Shown here: positions 36,061-49,874 of the stretch, piece by piece
How the letters are laid out: each line of letters begins with the position of its first letter
Position numbering within the stretch: the first letter of the stretch is position 1
Assembly (NCBI RefSeq): GCF_964194155.1
Contig: NC_135906.1
Coordinates: 23,746,001 to 23,810,000, forward strand
Origin: Cetorhinus maximus
Taxonomy: Eukaryota
DNA: 64,000 nucleotides
Reading direction: 5' to 3'
The notes under the pieces: generated by a model
What the model saw: only the letters and a program-made list of their open reading frames with translations
What the model was told of the DNA's origin: nothing
The model's database searches: none
Program-made: the position numbers and the translations under genes

Positions 36061-36664
36061 CTCCGATAGAATCACGTGAAGGGGGGAGGGGGGGAAAGGG
36101 GGCGGGCCTCGAACTTCCTCCCTTTCTATTTATTTATCGATAATTTTAAAAAGACAACCGTCCTGAACATCTAACGACTTTTAGTGCCAGTGACAGCCGG
36201 GAAGGGAACATCGGCCGACAGGTTTTACTTTACATTACATTACAAGCATTCCTCACACCACGACCCCTCTCCATCGTCAACGCTGATTGGCGCGGGCCTG
36301 CTCAGTAAAATACATTCCAATTGGTTAGGCTACAATATAATCAAAATCCTATTTTAAAATAAATAGCTTTACAACTCCATGATTATTAAAATGAAGTTGT
36401 TCGTTTTTTAAAATAATTAAAATCTGTTTTTGATGCAGCACTGTTTAAAGATCCGTCATGCTTTGCGCCTTTCCGTTGGCCCACCTTTTTTCACATTTAA
36501 TTACCGCCAAAGCTTTTGCCCAGCCAGCATAGCAAAGTTTTTATTTTTTTTTGGCAGTAATGGGTCTGAGCCGTCCTCTGTCTTGTTTAGCGCGCATTCA
36601 AAAAAAAAAGAGATTGGTTGAGGTGGCTATCTCCCAGAAGCCTCGGCGGCCTCTGTTCCCCAAG
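36061..36664. promoter_or_regulatory. Bidirectional promoter shared by GET3 (-) and TRIR (+)
   Basis: Divergent start codons about 600 bp apart. Contains TCACGTGA E-box (~36072), GC box GGGGCGGG (~36099), CCAAT boxes (ctgattgg ~36283, ccaattgg ~36317, gattgg ~36612) and YY1-type AGATGGCG over both ATGs; both first exons are CpG-rich. Confidence 0.85.
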
Positions 36665-36952
36665 ATGGCGGACAGGCGGAGGAGCCGCGAAGTTTCTGGA
36701 AGCTCCGAGGCGAGCGACACGGACGGTGGTGGCGGCGGCGGCTCGGAAAGCAAAGGGGTGAACGCCTTCGCCAACGATGGTAGCTTCATGGCGCTTTTCA
36801 AGAAGAAGATGGAAGAGCAGAAGCTGAGGAGTGAAGGGGGAGCCGCGCCGAGCGGCGGGGATATAGACAATGGAGGCAAGAGGAGTGTGGCCGCTGGCCA
36901 GGAGCAAAGTAATGAGGCCCAGAGCGACAGGAAGAAAAGCGTGCTGAATATT
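36665..36952 (+). CDS. TRIR: TRIR (C19orf43; telomerase RNA component interacting RNase), coding exon 1
   Basis: ATG in AAGATGG context; family motif VNAFANDGSFMALFKKKMEE; donor ATT|GTAAGA; 288 nt, phase 0. Confidence 0.93.
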
Positions 36953-38194
36953 GTAAGAGCGAGAGATTTTGCTCTCAATTTGCCTCCTGGTTAATGAGCA
37001 GGGCTGGGAAGTTGGAAGATGCTGTTAGTTCATTCCCCCTCTTCACCCCTCTCCTCACCCTACACCCCCCCCCCCCCCCCCCCAAAAAAAATGTTATCCA
37101 CTATCTTGCCTGAATTTACATTTTGATTCCTTCATTCATCAATTGTAGAGGCAAATCAGCTCCTTTTATAAAAATGCAGTTTCACGTGATCGCCAGAGCA
37201 TTTTAAATCCAGCCCTGAATTTTCTTTCAAAGCAAAAATCTCAGCCAAAGGTTTGTAAGTCTGAAATAAAAGCCACAAATGCTGGAAATACAGGGTCAGT
37301 CAGCACCTGGAAAGATAAAGGTGTGATGCTCCTCTGGACTGATGGATTGGCACGGTGCCAGCTGTTGCTCAGTGGGTGGTGCTCTTGCCTCCTGAGTCAG
37401 GAGCTTGGGACTTTGAGCCCTACTTCAGAGACTTGAGCAAGTATTCCAGGCTGATACCTCAGTGCTACACTGTCTTCCAGATAAATATTAAACCTTGCAT
37501 TTAATGGGTAAGGAGAGGCAATATAAATGAAGTGGCCTAATTTTTATGGAGACACAGGAATAGTAAAAACTGGTGACTCACATGCACACATCTTTGAAGG
37601 TGACAGGACAAGATGAAGCTGTTTTAAAAAGCATAGTTGACCCTGGGCTTTATAAATAGAGACATGGAGTGCACAAATGTAGAAATTTTGAAGTTACTGG
37701 TTTGACCTCAGCTTGGAATGTTGTCTCCAATTCTGGGCACCACACAGTGGCAAGAATGCCAAAAATAAAGGTTTATAACACATACATACAAATAGCCTTT
37801 TCCCCTTGAGCTGCTGGTTGACCTGTGCATTTCCAGCATGTTTTGTTTTTTGATATCAATGTTTAAATTGTCTTGACATACTCCCATTCAATGAGGACTT
37901 TTTCTAATGGGTTCTCATAAAATTTTCAATTGTTCTTTCCTCTTTGTCGGACTGAGTTTACAGAGAATTGTTCTGTTTGAGAAACATCATTTTCGCAGAG
38001 GGAGCAGGAACTGTCTCACTAAACTTAAAAATTGTTGGTCATTTTTAAGTATGACCTTGTTTTCTAAAGTAAACACAATTCTCCATTGGTTTCTTCTCTT
38101 GCTATGGATGCTAAGACTTCTGCAATCTATCATTAAATTTAACTTTATCATCCTTAAAGTTGCAGTGTAAATACAGAGTTACTGAACTTGGAGA

Positions 38195-39050
38195 ACTTAA
38201 ATAGGAGCTGGAGTAGACCACTTTCTCCTTCAAATCTGCTCCACCATTCAACATGATCATGCCTGACCTACTTGAACTCGCCTTCCTGAGCTATCTGCAC
38301 ATCTCTTGATTGATTTGGTACCCAAAAATTCATCGGATTCCTGTCGTGAATAAATTCAACGATGGAGCATCTCTTGTGTAGAGAACGCCAAAGATTCACA
38401 GCCCTTTTGAGTGAAGAAAATTCTCCTCATTTAATCCCTAAATGGTTAACCGCTTGCTTGAGACCACCATCTTAGCATCTACCCTGTTATCATAAGAACA
38501 GGAGTCTCTTGAGCCTGTTCCACCATTTAGTTATATCAAGGCTAATCTGAATCCCAGCTCCATTTCCCTTCCTTTGCTCCATATCCCTTGATACACTTGC
38601 CTAACAAAAATCTCTCACTCCATTTCAATTAACCTGGCATCCATGGCCTTTTATTGGAGTGAGACGGACTTCCACTATCCTTTGTGTGAAAGAAATGCTC
38701 CCTGACTTCATGCCTAAATGGTCTAGCTCTGATTTTAAGATTGTGTCCTCTTTGCCTGGATTTCCCCAATGGAGGAAATAGTTTCTGTATCTATTCTATT
38801 GAATCTCATTTAAAACCCTGGATTAGATTACCCATCAATTTTCACGGAAATACAAGCTAAATTCATACAATTGGTCTACCCTCTAAGCACCACTTCCTCA
38901 CTTCTGAATTCCAGCTCCCTTAAGATAAAAGCCAAAATATTATTAGCCTTTCTATTTCCTTTTTTTGTACCTGTGCACCAGTGACTAGTGTACATGGGTG
39001 CCTAAATCCCATTGTCCCTCCACAGCACTGCTCTCACCATTAAGAAACGC
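38195..39050 (-). mobile_element. Two CR1-like LINE 3' fragments (TRIR intron 1)
   Basis: Reverse-complement tails 'ataggagctggagtagacca' and 'cataagaacaggagt..cctgttccaccatt'. Confidence 0.7.
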
Positions 39051-40371
39051 TGTGAGTGAGGCTCCACTTAGGAGGAATGGAACTCCAATGCTGTGTCAAA
39101 TTGTCCTTAGGTACTTACTGTAGGGCTCTCTCTGAATACATGCCCCAACCTCCCTGGCCCCACAACTTATTAAAGCTACTTGATATTTTAAATATTTAGC
39201 GAATGTGGACACATCCTGCCTGTATGCTGTATAAAACATTTAAATTATAATTACTGGTAGAGAAGCTTGTAACCACACTGTTCTTTGTGGAACGTTTTCT
39301 GATGCTTCTGGTACTACTGTCATTATGATTAGAGTGAGAATGTAACACAGTTCCACATTTGGAGTACCTTAGTTACAAATCTGAAAATTCCCTTTTATAC
39401 TGTTTGTCAGACTTTTCCTCCATTTGTTTCAATTGTTTCAAAAATGGTTAATCACTCTTGTTATAGAAGTGCATGTTTGACATAACTAGCATTCTGGTTA
39501 ACATGACCCCATAGTTTCAATAGAAGTCTACACATGGCTTCCTAAAATTTCTCTTTTCTGTAGAAAGTACTTTCTTTGTTAGTGGCCCAGTGGATTGAAT
39601 GATTTTCACCTTTGAGGCCTGGGTTCAAATCTGGCCCACACTGACAGGGTAAAAGCCTCTCCTGCCTGCTGGATGTTAAAGATCTTATGGGAAATGATTT
39701 AGGGCAGTCTCAATCCAGTTCCAAAAAGCACGACTTAGCAATCTGGCTGTGAAAGGCTAGTGTACGAAATGAAAAGATGTCATACCTGTGCCATAGAATA
39801 TCTTTGAGCTGAGATAGATTGATACTGTCTAAAGAGAGCTTTATTCTTCAAGTATCTGTAATGCCTGATCTGGTGTGGCTCGATGCCGACACCAGCAATA
39901 TTTTTTAATACAATAATTCAAAAGTCGTTACAAAAATACTAAGGAATGTATGTTTCCCTGCAAACTTCTACATCCTTGTCAGCATGCTGGTGGAGGGGTG
40001 GGCTAGGATGGAGAAAAGTAAAATAACTTGGGTGGGCATAGCTTCAATTAAGAGTGTTTGCCCTGTTTTGTTTTGGACTAAGTTCAGGCTACAATGCCCA
40101 GTTTACACAGCACAGTTTAACTTCAGCTTGGGGGTCACAGCCACTTTGCACTGATGTTAGCCTAATGTAAATGCAGCTCTTTTTTTTTCCTTCACTTTAT
40201 TTCACACTGGCAGTGTCACACTCTGGCCATTTATTGACTTTGAGAGTGAACAACAGTATCACAGTTGATTGAGGAACAAATAAGAATGGATATTAGTTTC
40301 TGGAGCAGCTGAAGTGTCATCAATTGAAGATTAAAAGTCACTGAAAATCATGTATAGGAAGACTTTTTTTT

Positions 40372-40535
40372 CATATTTCTCATGGGATGTGGGTGTCGCT
40401 GGCTAGGCCTGCATTTATTGCCCATCCCTAATTGCCATTGAACTGCCACAGCCCGTGATGTAGGTACACCTATTAGGAAGGGAGTTCCAGGATTTTGACC
40501 CAGTGGCTGTGAAGAAACGGTGATTATAGTTCCAG
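40372..40535 (-). mobile_element. LINE 3' tail, same family (TRIR intron 1)
   Basis: 'catgggatgtgggtgtcgctggctaggcc...gggagttccaggattttgacccag'. Confidence 0.75.
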
Positions 40536-43500
40536 TTTTGTCCCAATTCTGGTTCTGTTGAGACAGCTGGTGTATGTGAGGGAATGACTTTTGTAATTTC
40601 AGTTCTTCCAGCTACCCTTTTGGTTGCTGGCAAGATTCTATGTCTTTATTAAGATTTTAAATCTTGGGTCAAAAGATTCCTTCAAAGGTTTACCTGGAGT
40701 AGAACTGTATACATTCAGGCTGTTAACAATTGTATTGTATCCCAGGAATTTCGGCTTAAATTACGATGTTGGATGATTCATCTTCAGAGCATAAAACTAT
40801 TTTTCAGGTTTTCAGAAGCAGACTTCTCTTCTGCTGGAATAAACACTCAATGTTGCATTAGTTTGCATTGTGCGAGAGCAACATAGAGGTACTAGCCCCA
40901 GGTGTTTACATAAATAAACCTGTCTCTCTTATCCCAGCTACCAAATCATACAACTACTAGAAGACATTTCAGATCAGAAAGATAAACTAATATTGCTAGA
41001 TCTGGCTGTTATGCTTTCAATTCTATATTTTACAAAAAAATTAAAACTAGAAAATTACTGCTGGTACCTAGTTCAGAAAGATAGCAATATATTAGTGTCT
41101 CAGTCCCCTTATATATTTTACAGTTTCAAGAAGCTGTCATGCCCTAATATGAATGTTGGACTTATTTTGGGGCTGTTATCTGTCAGCTTAGCCAGGTGAT
41201 GTGATGTATGAAACCATGTGACATTTGTTTCTGAGCACCAACACATCATTGCTCTGTTCATAAAAAGTGCATTTAATGGGACGAGATGATCTAATAGTAT
41301 TTGGTTTTTGTCCACACTAATTACAAGAGAACAGGATTAAATTTAGTTAATGAAAATGTGGCCTTAATTAACTCAAAATATTACACTGTGTTCATGATGT
41401 CAGCTAGACAGAGACCAAATACTTATTACATAGACTTAAAATAAGTTTGGGAATGTTTCTGATAATTCTTCTGCAGGTATCTAATGTATAGATTACACTA
41501 AAGCCTGGTGCATTGTAGCTGTCCATGAGGCAGTTGGCTTCTATGGTATTCATGAGGATATAAAACAAGGGAATAGTTCTTGTTAAAATAGTAACAGCCA
41601 GGCTTATAATTGTTGCAGCCCTATAATGTGAGGACTTGGGCAGCTTTATTTCCCAATGGGGTTGGATTCCAGTCTACAAATGGGTCTCGTTTAGAGCATT
41701 AAAAATAATGTTATTGGAAATGTTACTGGTGCTGTATATGATGGTGAAGCAGTGACTCAATGTTGCATTTGATCTACAAATCCTTGATGCTAACTGAGTC
41801 TTCAGCAGATTGCAAAACAGGTTAAAGTGTTTTACCAAGCATGGCTTCAATTAGTTGGTCTTATCCGTTACTTTCTAAATATTAGTGTTTTCCTTGGGTA
41901 AAGTGAAGTACAGTCCTGTTAAAAAGTAACTGAAAATCTGAAATAAAAACTGGGAATGACCAGCAGCAGAAGAAAGTTTTTATTATTAATTCAGGGTGTA
42001 CCCTTCACCTGAGCTGCATTGGTGTCTTATAAAGTGGAACTTTTGACTCCTTATTGAATTCCTTTTTGACATGAGCAGCTAGTCATGTAAGACATGCAGA
42101 GTTTTGTTTTTTCAAATATTTGGTCACATTGATGGGTTAGAGGTAGCTCCACCCATTATTAATAATCATTCAGACCTCATTGCAGTGTTCTAGCGTGTTG
42201 GCAGAGCAGAGGCTTTTCTGCTGCTAGTTATTCTGCAGCCTTTATTTCAAGCCCAGGGACTGGTGAGCAGTCAGGGTGTGATCGTTGTAGTGCAGACCTG
42301 CCACTGATATTACGTGCTGTAATCTAAACACAGCACTCTCCAGGCCATGCTTCCCATTTATAACTTTTGAGCGTAGATTTGAAATTAGCTCTAACTTTCA
42401 AAGCATATGGGATTATTTTGGACTGAAGCTCCTGAGATCACTCTTGGAGGAAAAGAAAAATGACAGACACATCAGCTAGCCCACTGATCATCCTGTGATC
42501 ATTTTTGTTAGAATGTTAGCAAAATTAAAAACTGGTGCACCTACATATGGAATTTGGTGAGCAGTCCACTTGATCGATGACCATATTCTTGATTTTACAT
42601 TTTCATCGGGGGGTTCCCAGCTCAATAAATGGAGCTGCAATAGTGCAGGAGCCAAGAGGTATCACTTTGTAAACTCACTGAGTCAAACATGCAGATCCTC
42701 GAGTTGAAATATTTTGAACCTGCTTGTTAGTGGGAAATTGCAGTCGGAAATTCCATAAGCAATGGCCACAAAGCATAGCAGTAGCAGAAAGGCCTTTTAA
42801 ACTCTGCATGAGTGAATTTAGATCCACTTGCACTGAGTGTCAGAAGAGGTGTGCAATGTAATTATATGCATCTGTACTGAAGTAAACTTAAAGATTTTTT
42901 TCTAAAGTTGAAAGAACTTATCCAATAGAAAAGCTTTGAGTGGCTGTAAAGCTGTTAAACCCCACTTTCTGTTTAATTCCATGTTTCTAGGTTAAGATTC
43001 TTTTAGAAGAGAAGATTCAAAACCATCTGATTTACAACATTGCTTATTCATAATTATGTATGTGGGTAATGCCACTGGATCTGTTTTCACTCTTATCTCC
43101 GAGAAATATTGAAAATTGCAACACAAAATTCAATTTGCAACCTAGCTCTTGTTGCAAGAAAACTGTTAGTGATCTCTTGATGAGTTTGCAAATACTCACA
43201 TTAAGTCTCTGGCTAATTCAGTACCAAAAAGATTTAAAGAGCTATTGGTGGTTTATAAAATGGTAACACCCACACTGTCACTTTTGCCTTATAGGGGAGT
43301 ATAAGGAATGGCCTACCTCCGCTCACAGTAGCTTGTGTACTGTATGTTAGAAGTGCATTGAGACGTTGACGTGGGAGATGCATTCTGTTGTGGAATGAGG
43401 TCTAATTTCAGGATCCCTGTTTTATTACATAGTGGGCAGCATTGACATTGCAGCTCCAAGCGCTCGTGTAATGGTTGCAGTCTTCTGTCCCTTACCCCAG

Positions 43501-43578
43501 GTGGGAAAGCGGCGAGGTGGGGCAAAGCTAGCCCTCAAGACGGGAATGGTAGCCAAGAAACACAAGGCTGAAGAAGAG
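43501..43578 (+). CDS. TRIR: TRIR coding exon 2 (VGKRRGGAKLALKTGMVAKKHKAEEE)
   Basis: Acceptor CCCTTACCCCAG|, donor GAG|GTAAGG; conserved VGKRRGG..LALKTG.VAKK; 78 nt. Confidence 0.95.
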
Positions 43579-43829
43579 GTAAGGTGATACTTTCTGTGCA
43601 GTCTACCCTGAATTGTCTCAAACTGTGCACGCATGTACTGCTTTTGTGTGTTCATAAAGCATTTCACTGTAATCATGTCAATGGGAGCCAGCTAGTCTCT
43701 TCCCAACACGTTTTCACTTAAAAGGAGACACAGTCTCCGTGCAGCCTCTGAGGCTGCCCTGTCGCTAAATTTTATGGTCATTAAGCTGTCCGCAATCCTT
43801 GTATTCATTTGCTTAAATATTTTCACTTT

Positions 43830-44345
43830 ATAGAATGATGCAGCACAAGAGAGACTATTTGCCCATTGTGCCTGTGTTGGTTCTTTGGTAGAGCTATCCA
43901 GCTAGACTCACTATTTGCTTTTTCCTTATAGCCCAGCAAAACTTTTCCCTTGAAGTAGTTACCCAACTCCCCTCAAAAAGATGTAATGAATCTGCTTCCA
44001 CTAGCCCTTCAAGTAGTGCATTCCAAATCATAGTAATTTGCTGTGGTTTTTTTGAAAGGTTTTCTCTTGTCACCCCTAGTTCTTTTGCTAATCTCCTTAA
44101 ATATTTTCCTGGTTCTCCATCCAGTGGAAACAATTTCTCTTTATTTACTCTTATCAAAACCATTCATAATTTTGAACATTTCTATTGAGTGTGCTCTTAA
44201 CCTTTTCTAAGAAAAATCCAACTTCTGCAGTCTGTGCAATTAATTGAAGTCCCTCAGTCCAGGTATCATTTTAATGAGCCTCTTCTGCAGCCTCCCTAAG
44301 GCTTTGACATCCCCCCGCTAAAGTCCAGTGCCCAGAATTAAACAC
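43830..44345 (-). mobile_element. CR1-like LINE fragment (TRIR intron 2)
   Basis: ORF remnant 'WNALLEGLVEADSL'. Confidence 0.7.
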
Positions 44346-44829
44346 AATCCTTGTTTGTCTGTTCATCAGTATACTATTGAACCTTAATAAAGTTTTTTAA
44401 GTATTAAAAGCATGTCAACATTTTTGAACTGGTGAATACTTGTTTTCTGTCCATTTCCTGCTAAGTTTCCTAATCTCAACCAAGGATTATTGCTGTTAGC
44501 CTGGTCACCGCTGGCTGAGGGCAGATCAACTATTGGTGCTCCACTAACAAATACCTTTGGGTCTTCCCAAGGTAGGCTCAGGAATGCCTTCCTGAATGAA
44601 GTACCAAAGACCGTGACTGTAGCAAGTCAGTGCCTTCAGGAAAACAGGGAAGACAAAATCAAAACAGTTTGGTCTGTTAAACAGCCAGCGAATTCCTTCT
44701 GGCATTGCACCTGGTTTAGAATCCAGAACCCTAGTCTATAGTACTAAAAGTTCAGTCCTGCAGTTGCCTCAGTGCAGCTTCTGTTAAACTCCCAGTTCAA
44801 TCTATCTTTTTTTCCCATTCTCTTTCCAG

Positions 44830-44937
44830 GCTGAGGCGCGTGGAGGAGACGCGTGGGCCAAATACATGGCAGAGGTGAAGAAATACAAAGCACATCAGTG
44901 CAGCGACGATGACAAAACTCGGCCTCTTGTTAAATAG
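44830..44937 (+). CDS. TRIR: TRIR final coding exon 3 (AEARGGDAWAKYMAEVKKYKAHQCSDDDKTRPLVK*)
   Basis: Long pyrimidine tract then CAG|; conserved C-terminus DAWAKYMAEVKKYKAHQC.DDDKTRPLVK; TAG at 44935-44937. Confidence 0.95.
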   Translation, partial: AEARGGDAWAKYMAEVKKYKAHQCSDDDKTRPLVK

Positions 44938-47659
44938 CCGTATTTGCGTGCTCATGCAGCCAAGAACTGTATTATATTTTACAATCGTTAAGATCAAGTC
45001 CTCCACCCATTGCCCTCACTGTACAGCCAGTATGAGATTTTTTTTCTTTTGACCGCCTGAAATACATATTTATTTGGATTTGTGGTTTGAAAACAACACT
45101 TGCAGACAAAAATCCAATGCATTGTTTAATTTTCAATATTGAAATCCTGTCCACTTTCAAAGGGTGATTTATAGTGTACAGTTTCTGTAGAGTTATATCC
45201 CACATCCTGTTTTCAACGTAGAACCTGGTAGCCAGACACTTTTCATCTTTATTTTTTATAACATGCACGATATAGCTCCAATTGTCAGTAAAAAAGAACT
45301 CCATGCATATTTGCTCTTTTGTGCCTCCAGTTATTAGCTACAAAATCGTAGCCAATTTTAAAACTTGTATCCAATATTGTACATTCTGCTGGCCTCTTGG
45401 CATGTGTTGGCCAAGCTGGCTAAAACATAGGGAGCGGCTAGCTTGATCTCTGGCTGGTCAGATGCCTCACAGCATTTCAGTGTTGGGAGGATCCCAGTGC
45501 CTGACTGGTGCTGGTGAGGTATTTGTTTTTGATCAGAAGTATTACATTACTAGCATTAAGAGCTGAACTGTAAGAGGCAGTAGTATGACTTGTTTCTAGT
45601 GGTCTTTTGGCTACAGCACTAATGCTGGAGACCAATGATTTGAATCATAACCTTGACTGGCCTGAGCTTCTTCCTTGGGATGAGTCTATCCAGAGGGACA
45701 AAGCTGCAAATGTGACCACTGCTGTACCTCTTGAGTGGGTTTTCTGATGGGACAGCCAACAAGCGGCTCAATGAGTGGGATTGCCCCAACAGAAAGTGGG
45801 AATGGGCAGTGTGGATGCAGGTGGCTAAAGTGAGCACAGAAAATGGGACCGGACTAGGAAATGTTTCTCAAGTTCTTAAAACTACCTCAAATGTATTCAG
45901 TGGAACATTATGACAAAGTTCTTGTTGCAACCTACCCAGCTAGGTTTTAACCTTGTTGGTATTGCTTATCTTCCAGCAGTGCTAGCGAGAGACACCGCTT
46001 CTTGTCTAATGCTTGAATTTTCCTTTCCCATTAGTGACCACTAAGCCTGTGTGGGTGGCAGCATCCACAGCCTACTGACGCTGGAATGGTCTATATGACC
46101 GCTTAAGTCAAGATAGAATGAGTTGGTTCAAAACTGTTAAAGATTTACCAGAGCAGTGAAAAGAGCACCTCTTTCTCAGTTAACAGATTACAGAGAGGTG
46201 GAATGGGGAAAGCAGAAGAGTCGATTTGGTAGAACCCCTGGGCAATGGTAGTGGCTGCATACTGCTGACAATAGTCGGGATGAAGAGGGAAGAACTAGAA
46301 GCTCGACGCTGGCCGTATCTTACAAATTGCAAAGCAGGCGGCTCTACGGTTCCTGTCTTTTTTTCAGTCAGGCAGAGCTCTCACTTTAGCCTGAAGTGTA
46401 GTTCAAACTGCAGGTTCATGCTGGATCTCCATAGGACTGTTACTGCAAACACCTGATTTGTATAGGATTTATCTGTAATATCAGTTACACTTATAGACAT
46501 TTGGATGTGGAATGAAATGGATGTTAAATGGGACAAAAATAGATAAAATAGAATAGAACTAGATTGTAGAATATTAGATGTTTCCTTGAATTTAACAAAT
46601 TAGTAATTTTGACTTGATATTTAAATTTCCCCTCTTTGAATTGTCCCTCTCTCTGTTCAGTCTTTCTGGGTGTGCCTTTGTTTATCCCAGATCTTCACCA
46701 CCCTTTCTGGCCAATGGCTTGCAGATGTGAGGTATTCCCAGGCACAGTGTAACCCACCTGATATTTTCCTACTAGTTCATTTAGTTTGGGGGAGGGACTG
46801 ACTGATTTGGGGATTGAGTTGTCATTCACCTTTTCTCTCCCATGTGCTGTTTAAGGATCTGACATTAGAAGCAGACTCTCCCCTGATAACTCGATGGGGA
46901 CTGAGCCATCCAAGCCGGAAAGTTCATTCTGGTCTATGCTTTATGAGCTGATTTCAGATGTATAGTATTGTTTGGTACACGGGACTGGGAAGCTGAAAAA
47001 TCATCTAGGGCTCCTGCTTCTGATCGCTGTCTTAACTGCCTCCACGGAGAGATGCATGCATTTGGGTGTTTACTGAGAGTGTTAGCAACACCTCTCATGG
47101 TCAAGTAGCCAGGGTTTGCTGTATGCACTCGCATGAAGGATGATCACTTGGATGATATATTGTTATGATGATATGCCTTGCTAGTGTTTCTAGAAACCTG
47201 CCACTACAGGAGTTGTCGCTCTCTGGATGGAAGGCAGACCAAAGAAGCACTAACAACTTTGTTTTAAAAGATTAAGTTTTTTGTTTTTCAATCTTAACTT
47301 GAAATAAAGGGACCAAAAAGCACCCACTATCAAATGAAACCATGTCATTCACCCCCTAAATGGTTCAGTGATGAATAGCTGAGCAATGTCATGAATCCTG
47401 TGGCTTTGCTGAATTAGCTCTTCATGGCCAGGTTAGAGCACTACAGTTCCCTTCAGCTCTTCCTGGGTTAGGGAGGAGGAAATTTGGCACTTTTCCCATT
47501 CCTGTTTTGTATGTATGGGGTTCAGATATGATGGTTTGGTAGTTGAATAGTCTGCTCCTTGCTATCCAGACTGGTTTGTGAATAGCAATTTGGGAGAGTT
47601 ACTGGAGGGTGTCAACATCCAATGGAATTAAAACCAAGTTTTCAACACCTTGAGTGTCA

Positions 47660-48022
47660 GTCTTTTAACTCAATGGGTGACACTTTCACCTCCTGAGTCA
47701 AGTTGTAGGCTAAAGCATCTCTCAAGATACTTGAGCACACAGAACTGCACAGAATTCATTTAGATCGAGGAACTGCTGCACTGTCAGAGGTGCCATCTTT
47801 TGAATGAGACGTTAAATGTCTACTCGCGTGAGTGTGTCGGATCCCAAGGCACTTGTAAAGGAAGAGCAGGGGAGCTCTGATGTTCTGTCCAACTCTTAAT
47901 CTGTTTCTTGTGTTGGTTTGGGTTATTTGATCAGTTATCTCTTGTGTAGAAGGGCTTTGCAGTTTGCAAATTCGCTATGAATCGATTTTGAATGTTCTGA
48001 GGCTAAAGGCGCTATGTAAATT
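47660..48022 (+). mobile_element. Degenerate DeuSINE-like SINE
   Basis: Head, 'ctgcactgtcagaggtgccatcttttgaatgagacgttaaa', tail 'aaaggcgctatgtaaat'. Confidence 0.65.
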
Positions 48023-48968
48023 CATGTGGGAGAAGAGAAAAAGCTTTTTTTATAAACAATGTGTGTGGGATTGGAATTGAATCTGAAGTTCCTAATTATG
48101 TGCAAATAGCAGTATCGATTAGGGGTTCTGGAAGTTTGTAATAAATGGACAATCTGTGACTGGCTTGGCCATGCTGGACACCCTGAGGATACATTGTTTC
48201 CCATTGCTCCTTATGCATGGATATTTAGGCCAACACTTGGATGAACTGATTCTCAATCTCTTGACAGCTTTAACAATTGGACCTTTTAGCTTTGGCAGGT
48301 AAGATGGTGAGACAAATGTAAAATGTAGCCACAGAATAAATTCAAACCTTCCTTTATCCAGAATCAATGCCGTTTTACCCAAGTGAAATCTGAGCAAGCC
48401 AATGGTTGTGAAGAATTTAGACTGTGTCATTCACACTCACTGACTAATTTGAATTTTGGATAACTTGGGATTTCATTTGGTGCTGGTATTCCAATCTGAT
48501 GATAGATAATTAAAGATCACTTTTCCCTTGTAATTCACAGACGTAAATGTGGTTTTCTCCACCACTCCCTCCTTGCCCCGGAACATTTTGGCATTCCTGA
48601 ACATTTGCTTCTAGAATGTAACACTGTTTAACTTAGCTCAACATCGCTGTCAACTCTTCAATATTCAGTGTCACTGCACGGCCACAAAAGATCTTTAACC
48701 AAGTTTTGGGGAGGTGTGGGGAAAAAGGAACGTTCTGGAACGCCGTCATTTGGTTTTGAGTAAAGGCAGTACCCGGTTCATTCGTTTGGCTATTGAACTT
48801 TTGCTGATATTTAAGCATTTGCCTTTTAAAATCCAGTACTTGCCTACAATATACAAAACAGCTGATGGTTGTGTCACATAACCAGTGGTGTACATGTCTA
48901 GTATCTGATGTATCAGTGACATTTCGCAGTGCCATGCTATATGTTTTGCATGCAAAGCAGTCTTAAAA

Positions 48969-48974
48969 AATAAA
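48969..48974 (+). other. Candidate distal polyadenylation signal for TRIR
   Basis: AATAAA closing a repeat-free, UTR-like AT-rich stretch (~48600-48980); other AATAAA at ~47303 and ~48335. Confidence 0.3.
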
Positions 48975-49548
48975 AAAAAAGCCAGTCACAATGCCTGGAA
49001 ATCCGAAATTCACAAGCACTTTCCAATCTGCAACGTCCCTCACACAAACTTTGACTTGTTGTTTATTTAACGATTAACTGTGGTACTTTTGGATGTTTTA
49101 CCTGCAGCATTGGACCACCAACTAAATTAACGCTTAACGTAAATCCATTTAATTAGGTTAGCTAATTTGATGCTGGAATTTACATTTGATGCACAAAAAT
49201 ACCTTGGTGCAAAAAGATGAACAATGACTTAATAGAATAGACTTACATGGTATATTGAGCTTTCAATAAGCACTGCCTTGTGCCACATATAAATCTGCCA
49301 CAGTGCTTTTAAACTTGTGACAGTACTGCACAGTTGGTTTCAATGGTATAGATCACAATTTGCACGTTCATGAATCTAATTTCATTTGTTTTGGAGTGGT
49401 GCACTCCCTGTTGCACAGATAAGGGTGCCAACAGTTGTGTTTTTGATGAGTAATGAAAGTTGTGGAGTTGAGAGGAAGAGCTGATAACGGCACTCCAAAC
49501 TTTGCGTTTTATTGTTGGAAATAGATTGCCTCTAGTTTTGTGGGGAGA

Positions 49549-49822
49549 GGGTGGCGTAGTGGTAATATCAGTAAACCAGAGGCCTAGGGTTACAATCCCA
49601 CCCTGGCAGCTGGTGGAATTGAAATTCAATTAATAAATTCTGGAATTGAAAGCTAGTCTCTGGTGATCATGAATTGATTGTCATTAAAAACCCATCTGGT
49701 TCACCAATGCCCTTTTAGGGAACGTGTGATTCCAGACCCACAGAACTGCCCTCAAAGAGCAATTAGGGGTGGGCAATACCTGTTCACATTGTCATTGACA
49801 CCTAGGCTTCCATGAAAGAATT
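49549..49822 (+). mobile_element. Same SINE family, internally deleted
   Basis: A-box 'gtggcgtagtgg'; body 'aaaaacccatctggttcac'. Confidence 0.75.
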
Positions 49823-49874
49823 TTAACGGCTTTTTATCCAGTCTTACCCCACAAGCCAGGACCTTTGCCTGAGG

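Noticed and set aside
36551-36664. In-frame N-terminal extension of TRIR (ORF track from 36551; ATG at 36560)
   Set aside because: It lies in the promoter upstream of a CCAAT box and probably upstream of the TSS. The ATG at 36665 has a strong context and the extension shows no family similarity.
36587-36978. Two minus-strand ORFs overlapping TRIR exon 1
   Set aside because: Antisense shadows of a GC-rich coding exon, with no recognisable domain.
47362-47415. Possible C/D-box snoRNA (GTGATGA...CTGA)
   Set aside because: Not inside a defined intron, box spacing and terminal stem are unconvincing, and it overlaps an LF-SINE-like relic.
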